DNA of 64,000 nucleotides from an uncultured Chloroflexia bacterium (GTDB lineage Bacteria; Chloroflexota; Limnocylindria; QHBO01). How positions within the stretch are numbered: the first letter of the stretch is position 1; every line of letters begins with the position of its first letter. Both the position numbers and the translations under genes were made by a program. Under the pieces are notes generated by a model, which did not search any database, had not been told where the DNA came from, and saw only the letters and a list, made by a program, of their open reading frames with translations. This document shows positions 47,881 to 57,084 of this stretch, piece after piece. Location of the stretch: assembly GCA_963825525.1 (NCBI GenBank), contig CAWGTN010000002.1, positions 1,536,001 through 1,600,000 on the forward strand. The letters run 5' to 3'.

Positions 47881-49197
47881 CTGACATCCAACTCCGCCGC
47901 CGTGCCCGCATCAGCACTCGAGGCCGAGGGTCTCGCGGAGGTTCGCCGCATCGGCTCGGCCGACCTCATGGTCGGAATTCCGTCCTTCGGCAACGCCGAG
48001 ACCATCGGCTACGTGGTGCGAGCCACCACCGCCGGCATGGTCCAGTACTTCCCCGAGATGAAGCCCGTGCTCGTCAACAGCGACGGCGGATCGCCCGACG
48101 ATACGCCCCGGGTCGCGGTGAGCACCGAGAGCCCGGACTACCTCGAGAAGGTGATCCTGGTCAGCCCCAAGCACAAGCTCCAGCGCATCAGCTTCACGTA
48201 CCAGGGCACCAGCGGGAAGGGGACCGCGGTCCGGGCGCTGTTCGAGGTCGCGCGGGAGCTCAAGGTCAAGGCCATGGTCATGGTCGACTCGGATCTGCGC
48301 TCGATCGTGCCCGAATGGGTCGAGCTGCTGGCCGGCCCGATCCTGAAGGGCGGCTACGACTTCGTGGCGCCGATGTACTCGCGCTACAAGTACGACGGCA
48401 CCATCACCAACAACATCAGCTATCCGCTCACCCGAACCCTGTACGGGACGCGCATCCGGCAGCCGATCGGCGGCGACTTCGGGGTCTCGGGCGACCTCGT
48501 GAGCCGCTACCTCGAGCTCGACACCTTCGACGAGCTCACCGCGCGCTTCGGAATCGACATCTGGATGACGCATTCGGCGATCAACGAGGGATTCGCCGTC
48601 TGCCAGGCGCGGCTGGGCGCCAAGATCCACGATGCCAAGGACCCTGCCAGCGACCTTGGGCCGATGTTCCGCCAGGTGGTCGGCACGCTCTTCCGCCTGG
48701 CGGGGCATTACGAGGACCGATGGCTCCGCGTGCGCGGATCCCATCCGATCCCCGAGTACGGGTTCGAGCGCGTGGTTGCTCCCGAGGAGATCAGCGTGAA
48801 CCACGCCAAGCTCATCGACAACTTCGACCAGGCACGGCTCACGCAGAGAGACGTCTGGGCCGAGATGCTCAGCGAGGAGCAGCTCGAGCGGGTCATGGCG
48901 CTGGAGCTTCCGCCCGACACCTCGGACTTCCACTTCCCCCCCGAGCTCTGGATCCGCTGCCTGTTCGACGCGCTGGTTGCCTTCCACCGACCCGGGATTG
49001 ACCGCGAGAAGCTGCTCGCGGCGTTGACGCCGCTCTACTTCGGCCGGACGGCGGGATTCATCAGCAGCACGCTCGACATGACGACCGACCAGGCGGAACG
49101 CGTCATCGACGACCAGGCCCGCCAGTTCGAAGAGCTCAAGCCGTACCTGGTGACGCGCTGGCGGGAGATGCGGTCGGCGTCGAGCACGGCGAGCTGA
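47881..49197 (+). CDS. GT-A glycosyltransferase, glucosylglycerate synthase (Ggs)-like
   Basis: VGIPSFGNAETI, NSDGGS.D.T, GKGTA, VDSDLRSI.PEW, RYKYDGTITN, IRQPIGGDF, LYFGR; probable CTG start 7 nt after GAGGAGG. Confidence 0.8.
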   Translation: MTSNSAAVPASALEAEGLAEVRRIGSADLMVGIPSFGNAETIGYVVRATTAGMVQYFPEMKPVLVNSDGGSPDDTPRVAVSTESPDYLEKVILVSPKHKLQRISFTYQGTSGKGTAVRALFEVARELKVKAMVMVDSDLRSIVPEWVELLAGPILKGGYDFVAPMYSRYKYDGTITNNISYPLTRTLYGTRIRQPIGGDFGVSGDLVSRYLELDTFDELTARFGIDIWMTHSAINEGFAVCQARLGAKIHDAKDPASDLGPMFRQVVGTLFRLAGHYEDRWLRVRGSHPIPEYGFERVVAPEEISVNHAKLIDNFDQARLTQRDVWAEMLSEEQLERVMALELPPDTSDFHFPPELWIRCLFDALVAFHRPGIDREKLLAALTPLYFGRTAGFISSTLDMTTDQAERVIDDQARQFEELKPYLVTRWREMRSASSTAS

Positions 49198-51176
49198 TGG
49201 CCGCCGCGCGGCGCAAGACGCCCTATCGCATCCTCCTGCCGCTCGCAAATCCGCGCACGGCACGCGACCTCGTCCGCATCGGGGCGGGAGTGGCCAACGG
49301 CCGGCCCACCGAGATCACGGTGCTCGGGATCGTCGAGGTGCCGGAGGGAGTCTCCCTCAGCGAGGGCGCGACCCAGGCCCGGACCTCGCGGCGGCTGCTG
49401 CAGCGGGTGCTGGACGTCGGCGACGAGGAGGGCGTGGAGCTTCGGACCATGGTGCGCATCGGCCGCCATGCGGCTGATGGCGTGATCGAGGCGGTCGGGG
49501 AGGAGTCGAGCGATCTCGTCATCTTCGGCTGGGGCGGCCCACCGACCCACGCGCAGGTCGCACGGGCCGACGCCGAGGCGACGGAGCTGGCGCTTGCCGG
49601 ACGTCGGGCCGACCCTCGGCCGGTCTTCTCACCGACAATCGATGCCGTGGTGCGCGAGTCGCCGTGTGACATCGCGGTCGTCAAACAGCGCGGCCTGGAC
49701 AAGGTCGAGTCGATCCTGGTGCCGGTCCGCGGCGGTCCCCACGCCGAGCTGGCCATGCGCATCAGCCGTGACCTTGCGAAGCGCTTCAGCGCCAAGGTGG
49801 TGGTGTTGCACGTCGTGCCGAAGGGCATCGGCGATCGGGCAATCGAGCGTGAGCAGATCGCCGTCGATGCCTTCGTCAGGGAGCACGCCGGCACCCGTCG
49901 CGCCAGCGGCCTGATTCGCGAGGCTGCCTCGGTGCGCCAGGCCATCATCAAGGAAGCCGCGAACCATCAGCTGGTGGTGATGGGCGCATCGGCGCACCCG
50001 TCCAACGCCAGCCCGGATGGCCGATACCTGTTCGGGACGCTCGCCGAATCGGTCGCCAGCAAGGCGAAGCCGACGGTCATCGTGGTGAAGACGAAGCAGT
50101 CCGTCGGCCTGGCCACGTTCGAGGAGCTGCGCGCCAGCGAGGGAACGCTCGCTCACGCCGACGCATTCGTCGAGCGCAGCCGATCCCTTCCGACCGTGGT
50201 CGACAAGTGGTTCGCGGAGAACTCCTTCCACGCGCATGAATTCGCCGATATCCGCAAGCTCCTCGCACTGAAGGAGCGCCTTGACCTCACGATCAGCGTT
50301 GGTTTGCCCACCCTGAACGAGGAGAAGACGGTCGGGACCGTCATCAAGCGCGTCAAGGCGGCGCTGATGGAACGCGTTCCGCTGATCGACCAGCTGGTGG
50401 TGATCGACTCCGCCAGCGACGATCGCACCGTCGAGATCGCCACCGAGCTGGGCGTCCCCGTGCACCAGCATTCGAAGATCCTGCCCGAGACCGGGACGCA
50501 CCACGGCAAGGGAGAGGCGCTCTGGAAGAGCCTCCACGTCCTCGATGGCGACATCGTCGCGTGGATCGACACCGACATCAGCAACATCCAGCCGCGCTTC
50601 GTCTATGGACTGCTGGGGCCGTTGCTGGCCGAGCCGAAGATCCAGTACGTCAAGGGGTTCTACCAGCGGCCGATCAAACAGGGCGACAAGCTCCAGGCCG
50701 AGGGCGGCGGTCGTGTCACCGAGCTCATGGCCCGCCCGCTCATCAACCTGTTCTTCCCCGAGCTGTCCGGCATGATCCAGCCGCTCTCCGGCGAGTACGC
50801 CGGCCGACGCGAGCTGCTCGAGCAGCTTCCGTTCTTCACCGGCTATGCGGTCGAGATCGGGCTCCTCATCGACATCCTCGACCATGCCGGCCTGGCGGCC
50901 GTGGGGCAGGTGGATCTCGAGCGGCGCATCCACCGCAACCAGCCGCTGCCCAACCTGTCGCAGATGGCCTACGTCATCCTGCAGGGCGCGATCCGCAAGC
51001 TCGAGGAGCGACACCGGATCGAGCTGCTGACCGAGGTCGGGCGCGGAATGAAGCTGATCAACACCGGCAAGGACCAGTTCAACCTCGAGGTCCGCGAGAT
51101 CGGTGACGAGGTCCGACCGCCGATCATCTCCGTCCCCGCCTACGTGGAGCGTCGCAAGGAGCTGAAGGCGAAGTGA
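49197..51176 (+). CDS. gpgS: Tandem universal stress protein domains fused to glucosyl-3-phosphoglycerate synthase
   Basis: N-terminal RILLPLAN..VVRESPCDIAVVK, ILVPVRGGPHA; C-terminal LPTLNEE, DSASDD, GKGEALWKS, WIDTD, GGRVTEL.ARP, IQPLSGEYAGRR, RIHRNQPL. Confidence 0.85.
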   Translation: MAAARRKTPYRILLPLANPRTARDLVRIGAGVANGRPTEITVLGIVEVPEGVSLSEGATQARTSRRLLQRVLDVGDEEGVELRTMVRIGRHAADGVIEAVGEESSDLVIFGWGGPPTHAQVARADAEATELALAGRRADPRPVFSPTIDAVVRESPCDIAVVKQRGLDKVESILVPVRGGPHAELAMRISRDLAKRFSAKVVVLHVVPKGIGDRAIEREQIAVDAFVREHAGTRRASGLIREAASVRQAIIKEAANHQLVVMGASAHPSNASPDGRYLFGTLAESVASKAKPTVIVVKTKQSVGLATFEELRASEGTLAHADAFVERSRSLPTVVDKWFAENSFHAHEFADIRKLLALKERLDLTISVGLPTLNEEKTVGTVIKRVKAALMERVPLIDQLVVIDSASDDRTVEIATELGVPVHQHSKILPETGTHHGKGEALWKSLHVLDGDIVAWIDTDISNIQPRFVYGLLGPLLAEPKIQYVKGFYQRPIKQGDKLQAEGGGRVTELMARPLINLFFPELSGMIQPLSGEYAGRRELLEQLPFFTGYAVEIGLLIDILDHAGLAAVGQVDLERRIHRNQPLPNLSQMAYVILQGAIRKLEERHRIELLTEVGRGMKLINTGKDQFNLEVREIGDEVRPPIISVPAYVERRKELKAK

Positions 51177-52345
51177 GCCTCACCGTCCTCATCGCTCCGG
51201 ATTCGTTTGGGGGCGCCCTCGACTCGGTCGCCGTCACATCGGCGATCGCCGATGGCTGGGCACGAGTGCGCCCCGGCGACGAGATCCTTCGGCGGCCAAT
51301 GGCCGATGGTGGCGAGGGAACCCTGGCGGCCATAGCCGAAGCGCTGGGTGACGGCGCCGAGCGTCGGCAGGTCGAGACCACGGACCCGCTCGGCAGGCCC
51401 ATCACCGCGGACTGGCTGCTCCTCGATGATGGTCGGGGCGCCTTCGTCGAGATGGCGGCGGCCTCGGGCCTCGCGCGGCTGGCCCCGGAGGAGCGAACAC
51501 CGGCCAACGCCCTGCTGGCGTCGAGCCGTGGAACCGGCGACGTCCTGCGTGCGGCGCTCGACGCGGGGGCGCGCCAGATCACCATCGGCCTCGGCGGCTC
51601 TGCCACGACGGACGGTGGAAGTGGCCTGCTGCGCGCACTCGGTGCACGTGTACTCGACCGCAGGGGCAACGAGCTGCCCGAGGGCGGCGGCGCATTGGCG
51701 GGCCTGGACCGTGTGGAGATCGATGGCCTCGACCCGCGCCTCGCGGAGGCAACCCTGGTCGTGGCCAGCGACGTGACGAATCCCCTGTGCGGCCCGCGCG
51801 GCGCCGCGGCGACCTATGGCCCGCAGAAGGGCGCCGATGCGGATGCCGTCGCCGAGCTCGACGCGGCCCTCGCGGAATGGGGCCGTGGCATCGAGTCCGT
51901 GACCGGGAAGCTGGTGGCGGACCTGCCGGGCGCTGGTGCGGCGGGGGGAGCGACCGCCGGCCTCATCGGCTTCGCGCACGCCCGCGTTCGCCGCGGCGTG
52001 GAGGTCGTGGCGGAGCTCGTCGGGCTGGCGGAGGCCCTCGAGGCGGCCGATCTCGTGATCACCGGTGAGGGCAGGGCTGACGAGCAGACGCTCCAGGGCA
52101 AGACCGCCATGGGCGTGGCGACGCTTGCCCGTCCTCGCTCCACGCCCGTCGTCCTGCTGTGCGGCGGTCTCGGTCCGAACGCGGAGGTGCTTGACGCAGC
52201 GACCACCCTGGCGGTCGTGCAACCGGTCATCGACCGGCCGATGGACCTGGCGGAGGCGATGGCCGACACCGAGCGTCTCCTCCGGGCGGGTGCCGCTCGG
52301 CTGGCTCGGTCGGTGGGCATCGGCCTCGACCTGGCCGGTCGGTAG
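51173..52345 (+). CDS. glxK: Glycerate kinase (GlxK/GarK family)
   Basis: IAPDSFGG, PMADGGEGT, EMAAASGL, GLGGSATTDGG, YGPQKGA, GAGAAGG, ITGEG. Confidence 0.92.
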   Translation: MSLTVLIAPDSFGGALDSVAVTSAIADGWARVRPGDEILRRPMADGGEGTLAAIAEALGDGAERRQVETTDPLGRPITADWLLLDDGRGAFVEMAAASGLARLAPEERTPANALLASSRGTGDVLRAALDAGARQITIGLGGSATTDGGSGLLRALGARVLDRRGNELPEGGGALAGLDRVEIDGLDPRLAEATLVVASDVTNPLCGPRGAAATYGPQKGADADAVAELDAALAEWGRGIESVTGKLVADLPGAGAAGGATAGLIGFAHARVRRGVEVVAELVGLAEALEAADLVITGEGRADEQTLQGKTAMGVATLARPRSTPVVLLCGGLGPNAEVLDAATTLAVVQPVIDRPMDLAEAMADTERLLRAGAARLARSVGIGLDLAGR

Positions 52346-52360
52346 GCGGCGGCTCCGCTC

Positions 52361-53182
52361 ATGCCCCGCGGCCCCAGCCCGCAGAAGCGCGCCGCCGATC
52401 GGCGCAAGCGCAGGAAGATCGCCGACGTCGTGCTCGAGCGGCTGGGCGAGCGCTACGAGCAGCCGACCTGGACGGGCCCGCGCGTCGACACCGTCAGCGA
52501 GCTCATCCTCACGATCCTGTCCCAGAACACCGCCGACACGAACTCGTTCCGGGCGTTCACCGCCCTTCGTGATCGCTACGCGTCATGGGACGAGGTCCTT
52601 GCCGCCCCAACCGACGAGCTGGAGGACGTCATCCGGCCCGGCGGGCTGGCACCGACGAAGTCACGACGCATCCAGCACGTCCTGGCCGAGGTGCACGAGG
52701 AGACCGGCGGGACCTGGGACCTTGGATTTCTGGGCGAGTGGCCGCTGCTCGAGGCACGCGACTGGCTGACCTCGCTGCCGGGGATCGGGCGCAAGACGGC
52801 CGCAATCATCCTGCTGTTCAACTTCGGGCGCCCGCAGCTGCCGGTCGACACCCACGTCCACCGCGTGGCGACGCGGCTCGGGATGCTGCCACCGCGCACG
52901 CCGCTCGTCCGCGCGCATGACCTGCTGGAGGAGGTGCTCGAACCAGAGGAGATGTATCCCTTCCACGTCGAGCTCATCCGCCACGGCCGCGACACCTGCC
53001 GCGCCCCTCGGCCGATCTGTGGGCTGTGTCCCCTGACCGATATCTGCCCGTACTACGCCGATGCGATCCGCGGTCGGGTCCCGATGGCGCCTGTCCCGAA
53101 GGACCGCATCGATCCGGATGCGCCGCCTCGATTCCACGACGAGCTCATTCACGGTTGGATGCCACCCGAACGGCCCAGGTGA
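52361..53182 (+). CDS. Endonuclease III-like HhH-GPD DNA glycosylase
   Basis: ILSQNTAD, LPGIGRKTA, PVDTHVHR, FCL motif CRAPRPICGLCPLTDIC. Confidence 0.9.
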   Translation: MPRGPSPQKRAADRRKRRKIADVVLERLGERYEQPTWTGPRVDTVSELILTILSQNTADTNSFRAFTALRDRYASWDEVLAAPTDELEDVIRPGGLAPTKSRRIQHVLAEVHEETGGTWDLGFLGEWPLLEARDWLTSLPGIGRKTAAIILLFNFGRPQLPVDTHVHRVATRLGMLPPRTPLVRAHDLLEEVLEPEEMYPFHVELIRHGRDTCRAPRPICGLCPLTDICPYYADAIRGRVPMAPVPKDRIDPDAPPRFHDELIHGWMPPERPR

Positions 53183-53192
53183 GGCCGCCGAT

Positions 53193-53218
53193 GGAACCGG
53201 GGGGCGCGCGGCGGGGTA
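53193..53218 (+). promoter_or_regulatory. Putative ECF promoter (autoregulatory)
   Basis: GGAACC-N12-GCGGGGTA, 9 nt before sigma GTG; same motif and spacing at 54557-54582. Confidence 0.7.
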
Positions 53219-53227
53219 CGTGACCCA

Positions 53228-53818
53228 GTGACGAGCCGACCGCCCACGCCTCCGTCCGACTCGGAGCTGGTGATCCGTGCCCGGGAAGGTGATGAAGTGG
53301 CGTTCGGGGAGCTCGTCCGTCGCCACTCGACCGTCGCGTTCAGAGCGGCCTACCTGGTCCTGCGCGATAAGGACCAGGCCGCTGACGCCGCGCAGGAGGC
53401 CTTCATCAACGTGCACCGGGCGCTCCACCGTTTCCGCCCCGATGAGCCATTCGTGCCGTGGTTGCTGACGATCGTCGGCAACCGCGCCCGCAACCATCGG
53501 CGCGCGCAGTGGCGCCGGGCCGCCGTCTGGCGCCGTGCCGCGGCAGCCGTCGATGCCTCGGACCGGACCGCTCGGAGCGTTCCATCGCCGGAGGCCGACG
53601 TTGTTGCGGCTGAGCGGCGCTCGGTGGTGCTCGCCGCGGTCAACGATCTGCCGCCCGGGGACCGCATCGTCCTGTCGTGCCGATACTTCTCGCAGCTCGG
53701 GGAAGCGGAAACCGCGGCCCTGCTCGGGGTTCCCCCCGGGACCGTGAAGTCGCGCCTGTCCCGGGCGCGGGAGCGTCTGCGCTCCGCACTTGAGGCGAGG
53801 GGCGTGACCGATGCCTGA
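53228..53818 (+). CDS. ECF RNA polymerase sigma-70 factor
   Basis: AFGELVRRH, DAAQEAF, WLLTI..N.ARN, LGVPPGTVKSRLSRAR. Confidence 0.95.
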   Translation: MTSRPPTPPSDSELVIRAREGDEVAFGELVRRHSTVAFRAAYLVLRDKDQAADAAQEAFINVHRALHRFRPDEPFVPWLLTIVGNRARNHRRAQWRRAAVWRRAAAAVDASDRTARSVPSPEADVVAAERRSVVLAAVNDLPPGDRIVLSCRYFSQLGEAETAALLGVPPGTVKSRLSRARERLRSALEARGVTDA

Positions 53819-54554
53819 GCGCCGGACCCTCGATGACGCGACGCTCGATCGGCTGCTGTTCGACGCGGCCGAGGCCGTCGCCTGGCCCTCGACTCCGGTG
53901 CTGGATGTCCGGCCCACTTCGCGTCGTCCCCGTGCGATGTGGAGGGCCGTGGCCGCGGCGCTCGTGACGCTGCTGGTTGCCGCCGGCGCGGTTGCCGCCG
54001 CCGGTGCCCTCGGGATCGGTCCGCTGCGGATCTTCTTCGACGACAGCCTCCCGCCGGTCAACGTCCCGGACACGCCCCTCGGAACGCGGCTCGCCCTCGG
54101 CGTGCCGTCCTCGATCGGAGACCCGTCGACGAGGGTCGCCGTGCTCGTCCCGGAGCAGCTCGGGCCCCCCGACGAGGTCTACCGCACCGATGACGGATGG
54201 CGCGCGTCACTGGTCTGGGCGCCGCGCGAGGGACTGCCCGCCTCGGGCTCATCTCGGATCGGACTGCTCGCGATGTTCGTTGCCGGCAATCTCGACCCGG
54301 GCCTCGTCGACAAGATCGTGATCGAGAGCCGCGTGACGATCGAGAACGTGACGGTCCGCGGGCAACCCGGTTTTTGGATCTCCGGCGAGCCGCATGTCCT
54401 CAAGTACCTGGCCGGCGGAACGACCGGCGCCGAGCGGACTCGCCTGGTGGGGAACGCGCTGGTGTGGGAGGAGGACGGCATGGTCATCCGTCTCGAAACC
54501 GGTCTCGGTCGCGACGAGACGGTTGGCCTGGCCGAAACGATGGGTCCTCCCTGA
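53811..54554 (+). CDS. Putative membrane-anchored anti-sigma factor
   Basis: Overlaps sigma stop; short cytoplasmic N-terminus, single TM, extracellular domain ending LVWEEDGMVIRLE. Confidence 0.7.
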   Translation: MPERRTLDDATLDRLLFDAAEAVAWPSTPVLDVRPTSRRPRAMWRAVAAALVTLLVAAGAVAAAGALGIGPLRIFFDDSLPPVNVPDTPLGTRLALGVPSSIGDPSTRVAVLVPEQLGPPDEVYRTDDGWRASLVWAPREGLPASGSSRIGLLAMFVAGNLDPGLVDKIVIESRVTIENVTVRGQPGFWISGEPHVLKYLAGGTTGAERTRLVGNALVWEEDGMVIRLETGLGRDETVGLAETMGPP

Positions 54555-54556
54555 TG

Positions 54557-54582
54557 GGAACCCATGCGGTCCCAGCGGGGTA
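54557..54582 (+). promoter_or_regulatory. Putative ECF promoter for the downstream exported protein
   Basis: GGAACC-N12-GCGGGGTA. Confidence 0.7.
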
Positions 54583-54617
54583 GTCGCTACATCCGCACGT
54601 TCCAAGGAGTCCTGACC

Positions 54618-55140
54618 ATGCGCTCGATTGCTCCGCTCCCGCTCGCTCTCATCGCGCTCCTCCTCGCCGTCCCGGTCGCACTGGCCGGCAACTGGGCCGC
54701 GGTGTCGGTCGACTCATCGTCCACCGACGGGTGGGAGGTCGGGGCCCCGCACGGGCTCATCATGGGCCTGCTCCAGCACGGCGAGACGCCGGTCAATCAC
54801 GGGACGGTCGAGGTGACGCTCACGAACGAGCCACCGGGGAATCGATCACCGGCGCCGCCCGGCGCGTCGGTAACGGGCTCTGGAGCGCGACGATCGAGCT
54901 CCCGTCCCATGGCGACTGGGCGCTGGACGTCAGCCACTCGACGCTGGCAACCGAGCTCGACCGGCCGGTGACCATCGGCGTCGCGCCCGCACGTTCGACC
55001 GGCCGCGCACCCTCGCCGGCGCTGCTGACGCCGACGCCCCTCATCCGGTCGCCGCCGCCGCGCTGGTGGCGCTGGCCGGCACGGCCGGTCTCGTCCTGGC
55101 GAGGAGCCGTCCACGAGCCCGGCGGGTCCGCGTGCGCTGA
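54618..55140 (+). pseudogene. Exported, C-terminally anchored protein interrupted by two frameshifts (pseudogene or sequencing error)
   Basis: SD AAGGAG; signal peptide MRSIAPLPLALIALLLAVPVALA; continues in a second frame near 54828 (ATGESITG..WSATIELP..GDW) and a third near 55045 (VAAAALVALAGTAGLVLARSRPRARRVRVR*). Confidence 0.65.
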
Positions 55141-55207
55141 TCTGCGCCACGATACGGGTGGATGCCACCCGAGGGGTGATCGGCTAGAATCGGCCATCGT
55201 GCAGCGC

Positions 55208-55282
55208 GCCGAAGTAGCTCAGGGGTAGAGCATCGGTTTCGTAAACCGACGGTCGTGGGTTCGAATCCCACCTTCGGCTCCA
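55208..55282 (+). tRNA. tRNA-Thr (anticodon CGT)
   Basis: Acceptor GCCGAAG/CTTCGGC, D-arm GCTC..GAGC, anticodon stem TCGGT/ACCGA with loop TTCGTAA, T-loop TTCGAAT, encoded CCA; -10 TAGAAT upstream. Confidence 0.97.
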
Positions 55283-55288
55283 TCACTC

Positions 55289-56005
55289 GTGATGGGAGGA
55301 CAGGTGCCCGATCAGCATGATCAGCGCGACCGCCCCCTCGATTCCGGGCTTCCGAGACATGCACATGATGCTGAACGCGACGAGACCGGTGGGGGTCGCG
55401 ACTGGCAGGAACACACCCTGGATTTCTCCTTCGGCTCGACGAAGCCGATCCCGGCTGAGCAACTGCCCCCGGACCTCGTGGCGCGACTTCGCTCGGGCCA
55501 GCCACCGTCAGCGAAGGACATGGCACTGCTGCGCTCGGCGGCGGGTGGTGAGGCGGCCATGGCAAGCATGCTGATGGGGGCCATGGCGGCCGCCGGGGTT
55601 GTTCGACGCGAGGACATAGAACCGGGCGAGATGCACCCTGACGATGTTCCGATCCCGGCTGAGATGGCCGGCGACCCCGACGTCATGGTCGTGCCGATGG
55701 GCGGCCAGAAGTTCACGTGGAAATGGAATGGGGAGTCAGGGTCCCCCCGAGAGGCCGGGGCCCAGCCCGCGACCTACTACGAGGCCATGACCGGACGGCC
55801 CGACCCGATGCGCGGGTTCATCGTCACTGTGCGGCGCACGCTGGACATCATCACCTGGGTCATCGCGATCGGGCTCCCGGTGGGGCTCGTCGTCGCGGCC
55901 ATCGCTACGGGCCAGTCATCCGAGACGATCTTCTTCGCCGGGTTCTTCGGAGTCCTCGTGGGGCTGATGCTCAAGAAGTCCGCTCCCAGGACGCCGTTCG
56001 GCTGA
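55289..56005 (+). CDS. Hypothetical membrane protein (2 C-terminal TM)
   Basis: ORF with two C-terminal hydrophobic helices; start uncertain. Confidence 0.55.
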   Translation: MMGGQVPDQHDQRDRPLDSGLPRHAHDAERDETGGGRDWQEHTLDFSFGSTKPIPAEQLPPDLVARLRSGQPPSAKDMALLRSAAGGEAAMASMLMGAMAAAGVVRREDIEPGEMHPDDVPIPAEMAGDPDVMVVPMGGQKFTWKWNGESGSPREAGAQPATYYEAMTGRPDPMRGFIVTVRRTLDIITWVIAIGLPVGLVVAAIATGQSSETIFFAGFFGVLVGLMLKKSAPRTPFG

Positions 56006-56008
56006 GGC

Positions 56009-57050
56009 CTATCCCAAGAGGTCGGGCGTGACCTCCGCCAGGGTCGGGCAGCCGGCCAGCGCCATGGCCAGGCGAAGCTCGTCTCGAAGGATCTCGAGCA
56101 CGCGCTGGACACCGTTCGCGCCATCGGCGGCCAGCCCCCAGATCGCCGGTCGACCGACGGCCACCAGATCCGCGCCCAGCGCCAGGCCCTTGAGCACGTC
56201 GATTCCTCGTCGCACGCCGCCGTCGACCACCAGCAGTGCCCGATCCCCGACGGCAGCGGCGATCTCCGGCAAGCGCATCGGCGCCGGCAATGGCCGTGTC
56301 GAGCTGGCGGCCCCCGTGGTTGCTGACCCAGATGCCATCGCAGCCGGCGTCCACCGCCCGAACCGCGTCATCGGCTCGCAGCACGCCCTTGGCCAGCAGG
56401 GGGATCGGGCAGACCGAACGGAGCCAGTCGAGGTCGTCCCAGGTCATCGTCGGCATGATCACCAGGCCGCTGACCGGATCGAACTCCTGGTCCGGCGGCA
56501 GGTGCGCCCCGAGGCTCACCGAGAACCCGCTGCGCTTGTCCCGTTCCCGATTGCCGGGAAGCGGCAGGTCCACGGTGACCGCGATCGCACCGTAGCCGGC
56601 GGCGACCGCCCGTTCGACCAGCGCACGCGCCGCGTCCCGTTCGGCCGGCGGATAGAGCTGGAACCAGCGTGGCGCGCCGGGAGCACCTGCCGCCACGTCC
56701 TCCATCGTCCGGGACGCGATGGTCGAGAGCGTCATGAGCGCGCCGGCCGCCGCCGCACCGCGGGCAGTGGCGACCTCGGCCTCGGGATGGGCGAGGTCGT
56801 GGGATGCGGTCGGGGACACGATGATCGGGTGGGGCAGGGCCGTGCCGAAGGCCGTCGTCGAGAGATCAAGGTTCTCGACATTCACGAGGACCCTCGGTCT
56901 CAACCGCAAACGGTCCCACGCCGCGCGGCTGTCGGCGATCGAGCGCTCGTCGCCCGCGCCGCCGGCGTAGTAGCCCCATGCCCCGGGCTCGACCGCGGCC
57001 TCCGCCAGCGGCTCGAACTCGGCGACGGTGATCGGCAGCTGTTTCGTCAT
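56009..57050 (-). pseudogene. FMN-dependent alpha-hydroxy acid oxidase/dehydrogenase with a frameshift near 56273
   Basis: [36 protein letters not shown] in one frame; [28 protein letters not shown] in the next frame. Confidence 0.8.
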
Positions 57051-57084
57051 GACGGCCCGATGATGCCACTCGTCAGTCGGCACA

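Noticed and set aside
55428-55437. 10-bp match (CCTTCGGCTC) to the tRNA-Thr 3' end, possible att site
   Set aside because: Too short in high-GC DNA, lies inside an ORF, and no integrase is nearby
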